Source: Enoplolaimus lenunculus
Lineage: Eukaryota
Length of the DNA: 64,000 nt
Assembly (NCBI GenBank): GCA_030248215.1
Contig: JASANG010001519.1
Location: 124,001-188,000, forward strand
Direction of reading: 5' to 3'
The position numbers and the translations under genes were made by a program. The notes under the pieces are model-generated. The model was given only the letters and a program-made list of their open reading frames with translations. It made no database searches and was not told where the DNA came from. Below are positions 25,801 through 36,653 of this stretch, in pieces. The number at the start of each line of letters is the position of its first letter. Within the stretch, counting starts at the first letter, position 1.

Positions 25801-28800
25801 CTTTAGAACAGGTAAAGGTAACTAACAACATGAGCTACGATATACGTAATACGTATATCGTTTCTAACAGTGGGGAAATAAACATCTGTAATATATTGTG
25901 TAGTGTGTAGAGCAAACCGTGAGAAAATAAACAATACCGTTTGCAGTAATTTTTTGGTTCTCATATTTTTCAAACGAGAACCAAGCGTGATAGGATTGTT
26001 TTTCATTCGAGTCAATTAAGTACTGTAAATAAAACTGGCCCCAAATGTGCCCCGGCAAATAACTCATTGGTCCCTGTGCCGGGGTCTTAGGCCCCGATAC
26101 TGGGGCCGGAGCAATGCTTCCGGGGCACCTCTGATAGCGGCATTTATCGAGATTATTGCTGTTTTTGTTCAAGGCGTGTGGCGAATTTGTCGCATTAGCA
26201 CAAAGTCATGGTGGAAAATGGATTAAACTGTTAAAACACGAACGTGAACATCGCGGCAGGCTGCAAGAAATGCTTGAACAACTGGCGCGACAACATTCCG
26301 CTCTTGAACGCGCCGCGTTGACTGAAGCACGGGATCATGGATTGGCGATTAATCCTTCAGGTACCGTTGGCGTAAGCATCGGCCTAAGTTGAGGAATAGG
26401 AAAATAATAAACAATAGTGTGGGGAAAGTTTTGCGTTCTATCAAATTAACACTAGTGTGGAAGAAGGTCTACTATTGTAACTGTCCTGGTATTTTTCCAA
26501 GCAATCCTATCGTGCTAAAAGTTTTCCGATGCAGTGTCATCTGACTGAAGCGCACAATGTGTTGTCTAGCAAACGATCAGGTGTGACCCAGTGCAATTTG
26601 GAAAAGTGTGGCGCGGCGCCGCCTGGAAAACTTTACCCAAACGCCAACACGAATACGTTTCAAGGCATAAAATCCTTAATTAATGTTATCAGAAAAATTA
26701 GTTAAACAATTTGGTTCTATGTGAATGTTCTGAACTCGTCTGGTTGTGTCTATTCATATCACAAACTGGCTGAGTCGAGAGATTTCGACGCGGTCAAAAT
26801 GTGTCTTATTAATGCTATGCTAGGCACGGTTTTCAATACCATTGACCATGTGCGGGACTTTGATTATTGGTTGTATAAGGAATGCACTATGCATTATCGA
26901 TAGGTTATTCATAATGCGAACTTGGACGTTTTAACTGAGTGATAATTATATTCAATATTTGACGTTATTCATATTTCGATTGATGTTTAAACAGGCGCGA
27001 AATATTACCAATAATATTTGATTATATTTCAGTGTTGTCCTCCGATGACGAACTGGAATTCCAAGATGCACTGGAAGAAACCGAAGATTTAGATTTCACA
27101 ACTCGAAAACGGCTTCATAAGTATATTTTTTGCCCTATTTGACTTCGCATGCTTTCAACTGAGGCGGATAATTTTTTATTCGTCTTCTATTAATCGAATA
27201 TGTTAATTTTACGGTGCGATGGTTTTTGACAAATCTGTGAAACGCAGACAAAAATAGCTGGTTTTGCTCATGTTTGAGGTTAACTTTGTGTGGACAACGA
27301 GCCAACTAAAATTCGTACCTGTCAAAACTAACAATCGAGTTCGCTTTGCAGTGTGATTGGTTATTGAATGAAGTTTATTGTCAGGCTAAATTCACTCGCA
27401 AACAGTTTCGCTGTAAACTTTGCAAGAATAACAACATCAAAAATACATGTTCTACTTCTTGACAGACACAGCTCAAATTACAGTCGCGGGCAGAATTTTG
27501 CGCGCACGTCTGCGGCCGTGATTGTATTCCAGCGATTGAATTTTTCTTCGCTCGCACTCAATTTACGAACGATTTCATAATTTCAGACAAGGCAACCGCC
27601 ACAGCTGTCGCGGTTGTGGTCGCAGTGATCGCGAGCAGTTCAAATCGTGATTGCGGGCGACTGAGTTTAAAAAACGAGCAACCGCGTTCAGAGCCGTAGT
27701 TAGGAACGCCATTGCTATTATACATACTTGATTCTGCCCGTGGCTATATACTTATTTGGGTCTAAAACTAAACTGAGTGTTACAAAAATCAAATTGGTTT
27801 CAAGTGAATTTGTTGATTAATCATTGTTTCTATTTAGTTTAGAATTTTGTTTTGCAGACGTAGTGGAAGTGAACTGTCCGAAGGTGCAAATAATATATTA
27901 ATTGACCGTGACGATTCGAACGATGTTGATAAGCATTCTGCAATGACAACACGTGCAAGCGCACCAGTGTTTGCAGTGAGTGGCGGCGGACACACAAGTC
28001 GGGCTCCCCATCGCACGAGCAATAGCAGTGGTGGTGGTGCCGGTTATATACCCGCTTCAAACGAAGAATTGCTAACTGCAGAAGTGGTTACGCGGGGCGC
28101 ATCTGAAACATCTGGTGTCGGGCATTCTGAAGACCGAGTGAGTTATATTGTCGTGGTGCATCTTTTGAGCTAGGTTGACGTAAAGTGTTTCACAAAAACA
28201 TTATAAGGTAGCACATGTGCTTGGATACGGTAACGCAAAGGTGTCACTTGTGGTGGAAATGATTTCGATGGTCCTATGTGGTTGCTTTTCCCATCCGTTT
28301 GCTAGACGATAGCGATGCAGCTGGTTGGTTTACAAAATGACCGGTTAAACTAATTGTTGACTATTAGAAACATTGAGTGTTGTTTGTAGCCGAGGAACTG
28401 AATTACCGTCCAGTATGCCTACAGATATTGCCAGGGTGGGGGCGCTGATAATATCACTGTTAATCCCCAATGTATAACTGATTGAATTACATAGAGTGTT
28501 TTAGTTGTCTATGATTCATAACAGTGTATTGACGCCTAACACCACTGCATCTGTTGGATCGCGGCAGCGACGAAAGACTATTTTACCGAAACCCAATACG
28601 TCAGTCAATTTGTGGTCGATCATGAAAAATTGCATTGGCAAAGAGCTTTCCAAAATACCTATGCCTGTTAGTTTTATGAATTTTTGTATGGATTATTTAA
28701 AGGTTGGCGAAGTATGACTACAACAACCGGTGGTATTCATTTCAAACCGCTTACGTATTTGTAATTTTAATACTAAGCTGTAAGTATAAGCCTACATAGT

Positions 28801-31800
28801 TTGAGACATACTGCGCATAAAATCATTAGAGTACTTTGGGTCTAACATTACATTGTTCGTGGGCAAAGGGAAACTTTGTTTCGTTGATGTCCGGATGGAG
28901 GCGGAAAGATTCGTAGAAGAGCTGTTACGGTCGTACACGACAACTTTCTGGCGAAGTAGTCTGTTTAATTTGTAGTCATATTGCAGGTGAATTTTAACGA
29001 ACCGCTGTCAATGCTACAGCGGCTGACCGAAGATTTAGAATATTCGAACATTCTGGACTGTGCAAAAGACTGTGAAGGTATGATTTTGTTTCTCTGAGTT
29101 ACACTTTTTTGGATCTCGCTCCGCAGACTTCCATCGATCTATTTTAAAATTTTAAAACAGCAGCGACTTTAATCGCGATTTTGTTTTATGTAAATTAAAA
29201 TATGAAATGCACTGTTCGCTACATTGGCATTATTTAGCTTAGGTATCTTGAGTTGCAACTTAAGGCCCCAAATCAGTGCCGTTTTTAGTCACGGTGATGC
29301 TTGTGGATTGTCATGATTGCAACTATTGTTAAGCTTCATTTCAATAGTTGAAAAAGATACCGATATTCTCAAATGTATGTAGAACCTATTTATAGTTACC
29401 GAGGTGTGGTAAATGTTGAACCAGACGATGGAACACTTCAAAACTTAGTACATTTTGTCACTTAGTTAGTCTTACCTATGAGCAGAGGTTATTTTTGTAT
29501 GTGCTATTAGTTCCCTTGTTTGAAATCCTATTACTAACTTGTGGTAGGCGTTACACACATTTGAGAATACGTGCCGCGATGTAAATGATATGTTTACAAC
29601 ATCACGTTAGCTTCTAAATAGCATAAATTTTAGACTCGTGTGAGCAGTTGGCATACGTTGCGGCGTTCACAATTTCGTCGTATTCGACTACTACTACCCG
29701 GACTGGCAAACCATTTAATCCTTTATTAGGCGAAACATATGAATGTGATAGAACCGGTGACCTTGGGTGGCGGAGTGTTGTAGAACAAGTAAGCATTTAA
29801 GTTGTATATGGCGACGATGTGGCTTCGATGACTGCCATTAAACTAACTTTCAAGTTACCGTAATTCAGTATTAGTTTTAGGTTGCTGGATATTTATTGGT
29901 GAGCGTGATTAAGTTGTAATGTTTCTTGAAGTATACCCCTAGTACGCGGCTCCAGTATCCGGCCGTGGCGTTATTCCTTTCTTTTAGTGGGTATTAAACG
30001 GACACCATTATATTGTCACCTTTTTATTGTGTATGTATATTTAAAAATCTGTTATGGTTTTAATAACTGTTTCCGTAAAAAAGTTTACGATGCTTGCCTT
30101 CGGCGATCTGTAGTTACCATGTACCTATATTTAAGGTGAGTCACCATCCACCAGCTGCTGCTATGCATGCAGAAGGCCGTGGTTGGACCCTGTGGCAGGA
30201 ATTCACAATGTCATCCAAGTTTCGTGGAAAATATTTGCAAATTATACCGCTGGGGATTTCACATTTAGAATTCGAAAAGTAAGTTATTGTTGGTATCTGT
30301 GTTTTAGTATTAAGCACCATTAAAGAAGTCTCGATTATGTATAATAAAGGTTATGTTATTTTGACATAAGTAATCTACATTATATAAAGTAGTATAACTT
30401 GAAGGATTCGTTCTACCGCATTGTTTTTATGTTATGACTTCAGACCAGGAGCTGCGATAAAGATCCAAAATTTTATTTCTTTGTATATATCTATAATTAT
30501 GTTATTCCGTTTAAGCTCCAAAAATCATTATACTTGGCGCAAAGTGGCAACCACTGTGCATAATATTATTGTTGGACGTCTGTGGATTGATAATCACGGC
30601 GAAATGTCGATTGAAAACCATAAAACGGGTGACAAGTGCCATTTGAAGTATATCCCGTACTCGTATTTCTCACGAGAAACACCAAGAAAAGTACGCATTT
30701 ACGTAATAAAATTATTGGTAGCATTTATGTGTCAGAATGTTACAGTGTAGTTATAGTTGAATTATAGGACCATATTTTTAAAATGTGCATACCATCTAGC
30801 ACCAGTTAGCGATAAGTTTTCAATCTGACGTACTCTCGCAATTCTTGTCTAACAATTGGCACTAAAGTAGTAAAAATTAAACGCCGAAAATGTGGGCTTG
30901 TCAGTTTTCGTTTGGTTGTATCTGCGTTTTGTTTAAATATTCCGTTTATGGAAATGGGCAAAATCTTAGTTTTGTAACTGAACTTTTTCTATTGTTCTTA
31001 GGTCACCGGCGTTGTCACTGATAGTTCCAACGAAGTCCGATGGATTGTTCGTGGCACATGGGACCAGTATGTTGAATGTGCCAAAGTAACAAAAACAGAT
31101 CGGTCAACTGGAAAGCCAGTATTCGAAACTCTTCCGCCGAAAATTATTTGGAAACGCAACGACCCGTTGTAAGCACCCTTCCAACGTTTTAGTTTTCGGG
31201 TTTCACCAAGTCGTTATGATTTTTCTGTAGTGAACTGACCCGTTTTTGTTAAAAATTGTGAGTCGAACTGTCATAGGTAACATTCGTCTCCGACAATTCA
31301 CCAATGATAATTCGGCCTTGGAAACGTTCTTGGTAAAATTGCCCCTGAAATATGTCCCAGACAATTTGTTCCTAAAATTGGTCTCCGAGCTCATGTTCGA
31401 TGGTGAATCGCTATGCAACAGTCGTGTAAAACTAGTAAATTTTCGAGAAGTTTAAATCTCACCGATATAGGATTTGAACGCAGCTTATGGTTTTAAAATT
31501 AATTATTTGCTAGGATATGTTTAAGACCAAACGCAGAAGAAATTTACAATTTTACCCAGCTCGCCGTTCAGCTGAACGAACCAGAACCCGGTGTTGCCCC
31601 TACTGATTCTCGACTGCGACCTGATCAGCGAACGATGGAGGAAGGCGATTTCGATCAAGCGAACTCTGAAAAGCTTCGCCTCGAAGAAAAACAACGCGCT
31701 GTGCGTCGGGAACGTGAAGCAGAAGCCGAATCCGCGATTCAAGACGGTAAGAGTGCCGCTATACTTTGTAAAAAAAATTAATTTCATCCGGCGTTGTCTA

Positions 31801-32486
31801 TCGACGTTTGTCATAGCATGGCATCGTACGTGAAAAATTCGCATAGATATCGGTAGGTGACGGACTACGCCGCACGACAAGCATAGAGTAAGTTAAAATA
31901 TAGCGGTCCATGACTTTTTAGCTGATTTATCTTTCTTTATGCGTTAGCGTTAGGTGTTTCTCTTAGGGTGTGCCCTCTTATAAGCAAGGTGGAATTGCAA
32001 AATTGTCAACTTGGTGAACAATATTCTGCTTTTCAGATGCTCTTAGTGCTGTGTTCGCTGACCGTGCTTTCTGTACATATGTAGTATTTCTCTTAAACCT
32101 GATTCTCTTTTAATCAATGTTGAAATTATTCTAGGTGTATATTTCGCAGAACTTTTGTTAACACGGTACTGATATTAAGTGTTCGAGCGGGAGATACACA
32201 CATGCACTAGAAGCATAATATCATCCCAGGTTCATTCAACAAAGCGGTTTAAAGTTGCGTCTCAAGTGCACAATTGCGGAAGTTTGTATTCGTAAGTTTT
32301 CAGTTATTTTGGTGTAGTATAATTTAGTTCGCTATGTTTACAGGACGCCCATATAAGACACACGAAACTTTGTGGTTCAAAAAACAAAAAGATCCGTGGA
32401 CAGGCAATTTGATTCACGTATACACTGGAAACTATTGGAAAGCAAAAGAAGAACAGGATTGGAAGCGATGCCCTGATATCTTTTAG
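4735..32486 (+). CDS. OSBP: Oxysterol-binding protein (OSBP/ORP4 subfamily), 16 coding exons, ~848 aa from ATG 4735
   Basis: Hand-assembled exons, all GT..AG and phase-consistent (2547 nt): 4735-5000, 22300-22423, 23361-23442, 24181-24303, 24842-24981, 26174-26360, 27033-27120, 27858-28137, 28505-28666, 28987-29077, 29634-29788, 30136-30278, 30516-30690, 31002-31168, 31526-31746, 32344-32486. PH domain [42 protein letters not shown]; coiled coil [21 protein letters not shown]-like EFQDALE; HKRSGS; ORD motifs [51 protein letters not shown], signature [20 protein letters not shown] and C-terminal CPDIF*. Start codon uncertain (frame is open from 4444). Confidence 0.95.
7747..8930. repeat. 175-bp tandem array (~6.8 copies) in OSBP intron 1
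   Basis: TAGGGTT(G/C/A)AA recurs at 7751, 7926, 8101, 8276, 8451, 8626 and 8801. Units carry the octamer ATTTGCAT (one copy has ATTTGCGT). Confidence 0.95.
10675..10793 (+). CDS. Possible further alternative first exon of OSBP ([40 protein letters not shown])
   Basis: Short GC-rich island with ATG at 10675, upstream TTGTAG acceptor (10666) and phase-2 donor TG|GTACAA in frame with exon 2. The exon is short, so a chance match is possible. Confidence 0.3.
12827..13027. mobile_element. TTAGGC-bearing MITE family A (TIR GGCC(A/C)ATGTAAAGA), perfect 8-bp TSD AACGTTTT
   Basis: TIRs GGCCCATGTAAAGA / TCTTTACCTTGGCC; internal (TTAGGC)n-like tract; TSD at 12819-12826 and 13028-13035. Confidence 0.85.
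14759..14972. repeat. (AAT)n microsatellite 14759-14849 and (GTTT)n 14932-14972
   Basis: Directly visible. Confidence 0.95.
15411..15489 (+). pseudogene. tRNA-like remnant or tRNA-derived SINE head
   Basis: GCTGCG..CGCAGC acceptor-like ends, A-box-like TAGGTCAGTGGTTAAAGC, loop CC-GGT-AA and degenerate B-box GGATTCGAG; the D and T stems do not pair well. Confidence 0.4.
16665..16893. repeat. (TTG)n microsatellite
   Basis: Directly visible; produces spurious poly-V/C/L/N/Q ORFs. Confidence 0.95.
17318..17735. mobile_element. hAT-like MITE (TIR TAGAGATGTGCCGAT) with internal ATCGGC repeats
   Basis: TAGAGATGTGCCGAT ... ATCGGCACATCCCTA; multiple (ATCGGC)n subterminal motifs. Confidence 0.75.
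18610..18988. mobile_element. GC-rich MITE (TIR GGGTTGCGCTAT / ATAGCGTAACCC) with an internal 20-bp minisatellite
   Basis: GCGGCGGCGCATACCGGCGT-like units at 18742-18899. Family relatives at ~7440-7483, 22030-22220, 48650-48856 and 55790-55950. Confidence 0.7.
20466..21178 (+). CDS. Probable alternative first coding exon of OSBP (polybasic and Cys-rich N-terminus)
   Basis: 238-codon GC-rich ORF in OSBP intron 1. It ends at GA|GTAAGT (donor 21179), phase 2, and joins exon 2 (G at 22300) in frame as ...[16 protein letters not shown]. An acceptor-like AATTCTCCAG lies at 20405-20414, upstream of the ATG. Confidence 0.75.
21227..21775. repeat. 27-bp minisatellite, ~20 copies (GGAATTTTGCAACGCCTGGA(A/G)AATCCA)
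   Basis: Directly visible periodicity; explains the QRLENPGIL / CKIPGFSRR ORFs. Confidence 0.97.
22642..23245 (+). mobile_element. Helentron/DINE-like non-autonomous element with ~2 diverged copies of the 175-bp unit
   Basis: T-run plus TTGAGCGAAGCG...TTTGCTCG short inverted repeat, (GTCC)n microsatellite at 22698-22718, AACCGATTTTG block, then AAGCAATCTAATTT/TAATTTGCATATTAG units homologous to 7747-8930. Confidence 0.6.
23471..23641. mobile_element. TTAGGC-bearing MITE family B (TIR GGCCAATGTTACTTT)
   Basis: CAATGTTACTTTAAGGGG ... CCTAAGCCTAAG ... TAAAGTAACACGGCC, in OSBP intron 3. Confidence 0.7.
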
Positions 32487-33599
32487 CATTTTCGTTTTCT
32501 GTTGTTACAAATTTAATGGACAAACGTTATTGAAAATGGCAAACTTTGTCAATATTGCCACAAAAACGCAAAAACTCTTTAAACACAATTAATATGGAAT
32601 AATTTTCGAAATGCCGTCGTCTTAAGAGAGTTTAAGGTGATTTTTAAATAATTTTGTGTCTTAAAATGGTTATAGAAGTTGTTCTAGACTAGGTTTAAAC
32701 CTAGGATTAGGATGAACGTTTCTGGGGCGAGGGTTGAATTGTACAGGTGTCGAAAAATGTTATAGCGCTAATAATGATACGATATGAACTCGTTACACGA
32801 TCGCTTCATGGATAACTAAACGGCATAAAGCTAAATGAATGATGGATTGTTAACATGAAAATTGTAAAACTTTTGGCTATGTGACCAGGGCCGTAATCTC
32901 ATGTGCGTATAACACCTATCACCACTTAACGGTACATTGTCAAACGTGACGAACTAGTGAACTAGCGTATTTGAAAATTGGCACAGTAGCACTAGCAACC
33001 AAATGTGAAAACTGTGCTAAATTTCAAACCGCTCCATAATATGCTGGTTTAACAAAAGCTGCAAGTCCTATCACCAAAAGATGACATTTGCTACACACAC
33101 AGTTGAGAATACGAGTACTGAAGTTTATAATGTCATTGTGTGCGTGTGTATGATTGCATTTTTGTAACAAGATTTGTTGCGGTTCGAAATTACTGCCGCT
33201 TTATTCTTAAACTCCGTGTGGTTCCAGTCTGGTTGATGCCGCATCGGTTTTCTATTTGAACGGTCGCACCTTTGTGATTGATAGAATTTACTAGTAGTAT
33301 TAGTTTTATGGAATAACGTTATTGTCGTATTTATTTTTGCTGTTGGGTTTGTCTTGATTGTAAGTTTTGAATGCGTTATATGGCGGTCTGATTATGCGAT
33401 GTACTTGGCGAATGTTTTAATTCGGCTCAGATGTGGGTATTTGTTCAATATGCAACTACATTCTTGCTGCAAAACAGTGGTCGCAACAAATATTCAAGAT
33501 ATCGTTGATGAAGCAGTGCATGGTAACTTTGAAAAATATCCCTAGTTTGTTTATCAGGTTTGTAAACATTAATTGCCAGTGATTGGTGATAAGTTTTCT

Positions 33600-33771
33600 G
33601 GCCCAAGTTACTTTAAAGGGCGTCCAGGTTTCCGGCGGGTCTATAAAAGAGTAGGTTTAGATTCTACATTACATTTTCTGCTTTGGCTTAGGAACTCATT
33701 TTTGCAAGGCTTAGGCTTAGGCTTAGGAATACGCCTAATCTACTGTTACGCCCCTCAAAGTAACATTGGCC
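33600..33771. mobile_element. TTAGGC-bearing MITE family B copy
   Basis: GGCCCAAGTTACTTT ... GGCTTAGGCTTAGGCTTAGG ... AAAGTAACATTGGCC. Confidence 0.75.
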
Positions 33772-34400
33772 AGTTTATAACTTTTAATTAAATCTTAAAT
33801 GAATATGTCTTTATAGAATTATGATAATCAATGTTTATTCAACTGCTTCTGCTGTAAAAACTTTTGATTGCTACGAAACGCTTTTATATGAACACTCAAC
33901 ACTTAACTGGCAATCAGTGATGTATTGATATAAAAATGCGCGCCAAGATGTTGTTTTCACGGCACAAGATATCTGGTTCAGGCAGTAAATCAATGAACCT
34001 AAGAGTAAAATTATGTTGAACTCTGGTTCAGGCAGTAAATCAATGAAGCCCAGGAGTAAAATTATGTTCAAGTATCCTGGTCCTTTTGTTTTTGGTATCC
34101 GGTTGCGATCTGATGGCTGTTTTTACATGTGGTTCAAGTGTCATTTGCATGATAACACTGTGTTCTCTGACTTAACGGATGCATTTTAACGTAAAGCTAA
34201 CAGGTTATTCTTGAGCTCAGATTTATGGTTTAAGTTATATCCTATTACTTTTCAAATGCATGGCTGTATTGTGATTCAGTTTGACATACGGTATTAGTAC
34301 GCGTTATCTTTAATATTTGGCCGGTTTATGTTTATTGTGTGTTATTTTTGAATGCATTAATTATGAATTTTATGTATATGTATATATACATATATATGCA

Positions 34401-34830
34401 TCAGAGTTCCAACAGGAACTAAATTTTGCCGGAACTGGAACAGGAACAGGAATTGAATTTTTATGCAGGAACCGGAACAGGAACAGGAACCGGAATTTGA
34501 AATAGTTTTATCACCGAATTACTGTTTGACTTTTTATAGAATTATAGAAAAGTTGCCAAAAGTGGCTCATGAGAATTTTCAGCTATTTCATGATTAAGTT
34601 TTTCGAAAACAAGTCAGGAAAAAATTAGTAACGAAATTAAACTAGGTACAGAAACACTAATCTTGACAAAGCATTTTTAAAGACAAAGTTTCCAATATTA
34701 AAATTATTATGAATAATTTGAAACAAAACCGTAAAAATTCCGGTTCCTGCATCTTTGAATGCAGGAACAGGAGCAGGAATTGAATTTTTGCAGGAATTCC
34801 GGAAGGAACAGGAATTCCGGTTGAACCCTG
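34401..34830. mobile_element. MITE with CAG(A/G)G terminal inverted repeats and internal (GGAACA/GGAACC)n hexamers
   Basis: CAGAGTTCCAAC...GTTGAACCCTG. Similar CCGGAA/TTCCGA-rich elements at 6355-6832, 9180-9265, 12640-12740 and 43940-44270. Confidence 0.6.
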
Positions 34831-35910
34831 ATATATGTATATCATAGATTCTGCTGTATCTCATGGGGCTATTGAATGCACTTCGACTCTTAATGTACCA
34901 AACATGGTAGTTCGAAGTTATGATATCACAGTAAAAAAGTTTGAGGGTTGAGCAAATTTCCCGTTGGCTTTGTAGTTTAGTCTCGGAATTTACGAAAGCT
35001 TGTTACATGAAATAGTCATCTTTGCTAAACTTGCGCGTAAAAAAATTTAGGACAAGATTTGGTTGTGCAAGTACATTTCGTTTAAGCCTTCGGCAACCAC
35101 TGTTTTCGGTGTTTGTATTTCTTGCTTTAGGTTGCTTAATCGTCGGCTTGAGTATGGGGTATGTGGTCTTAGGTATTTGGTCGCTGTATAGAAGCTCAAA
35201 CTCATTCGTTGAAATATGTTTGCATGTATTTTTATTTATAGTATGATTAAATTTTACGCCTTAATGTTTTTGAGCTTTTAGCATTATGACGCGGCAATTG
35301 TAACAAGCCTAAGTTGAAAATGCAGTCTAAAAGTGTTATGTGCCATCAACATAAATTATAAGTATCGTTTTTTTAAATTCTTTCCGCCATTCGTGGGAAA
35401 AGCAAATTTCGACTAGGATTTTGCTCAACTTACCGTGTACATTTTTTCAAATTTTGAATGTGCAGTTATTATTTGCGTTCCTCAGTTGTATTGGCTGAAA
35501 AGTAAATAGTTTTTAAATTTCAAGTATACTTCAGTTTCCGTTTTGATCGTTTTTCGTTTCCTTTATTTCTACTCTCCGTTTATGCCAGGGTGTATATGGA
35601 TATCCGTTTCTGACCAACATCGCTATCTGTTTCCGTTATAGAAACAACGGAAGTTATGTTATTTTTACGTTCAAAATTAGTTATAATTCACATATCTCAA
35701 TTTTTATTACAAATACGCTGAAATTTTTCTAAATGAAAGTTTTGAAAAAGACTAGTGAATTTATGCACGGTTCAATTGTGTTGCCAGAAGAATAAAACAT
35801 AACTTTTATACGTGCAAGTTTTTGCTCTTTCATCAGCCAATTAGAAAGCGGTTGCAATTAGTTCAATGAACTTGCACGGTTATTCTCACATGTGAGCTAA
35901 TCCCTACCTA

Positions 35911-36176
35911 CTGTAGTGACCCGAATAAGGGGGTCCCCATTTTGAGTCCCGATCAATAGGAGTCCGTATTCCTAATAAGAGTCCATAAGCGGATAGTGTC
36001 CCTAAACCCTAATTACAGTCCATAAATGACTCCAGGCCCAAATAAAGTTGACGAAGGGTGGCGGAGCGTGGGTTAAAAATAAATATTAACAGTCCGTAAG
36101 TAACCGAATAACAGGGGGTTCCCTCTGGAGAGACCAAATAAATATCAGTCCTCCCCTCTTATTTCGGTGGCTGCAG
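35911..36176. mobile_element. Same TA-TSD MITE, nested inside a CACGTGCAAG-family element (35810-36300)
   Basis: TA|CTGTAGTGACCCGAATAAG ... GGTGGCTGCAG|TA. The host element matches the reverse complement of 62885-63167. Confidence 0.75.
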
Positions 36177-36305
36177 TATGATTTTTAATGAATTATTTGC
36201 CACTGCAAGTTTTTCGACCGAAATTTTTTGACAAAACTGCAAGTGAAAGTTGCAGCTGCATGTTCTCGCAGCAAAAACTTGCACGTGTGAATAGGGCTTT
36301 AATTT

Positions 36306-36620
36306 TCAACTCGAAACAACCGTAATATTATTAGTCGAATTGCTGTTGCCGGTATGATTTAAAATATTTGCCCATTTACACACAGTGTAGTGTTCACTAT
36401 TGGGCGTTTTTGCGCACACTGAATGTATCCATGATGGTAACACGAATCGAAGCGTCAAGAAATCGATAAAATATGTTTCAAATATCGTATTTGTTAAATG
36501 AATGCTGGATTGAATTTGGTTTAAATACAACATCTTTCGGTCAACGTTCGTTTTGTGCGAAGTTGAAACGCCAAGGAAAGGTTTTTGCCTAGAAATTAGA
36601 CTTTGAATGCATTAATTATG

Positions 36621-36653
<33 letters not shown>

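Noticed and set aside
26361..26377. Stronger-looking donor GTAAGC at 26372 for OSBP exon 6
   Set aside because: It is phase 0, whereas exon 7 needs phase 1; the donor at 26361 keeps the FFAT frame.
28390..28435. Possible extra OSBP cassette exon (TTTGTAG...AGG|GT)
   Set aside because: In the required phase it reads CCG AGG AAC TGA (stop); exons 8 and 9 already join in frame.
35022..35246. Hydrophobic 74-aa ORF between OSBP and sulfotransferase A
   Set aside because: TTG start, T-rich composition explains the hydrophobicity, no splice or motif support.
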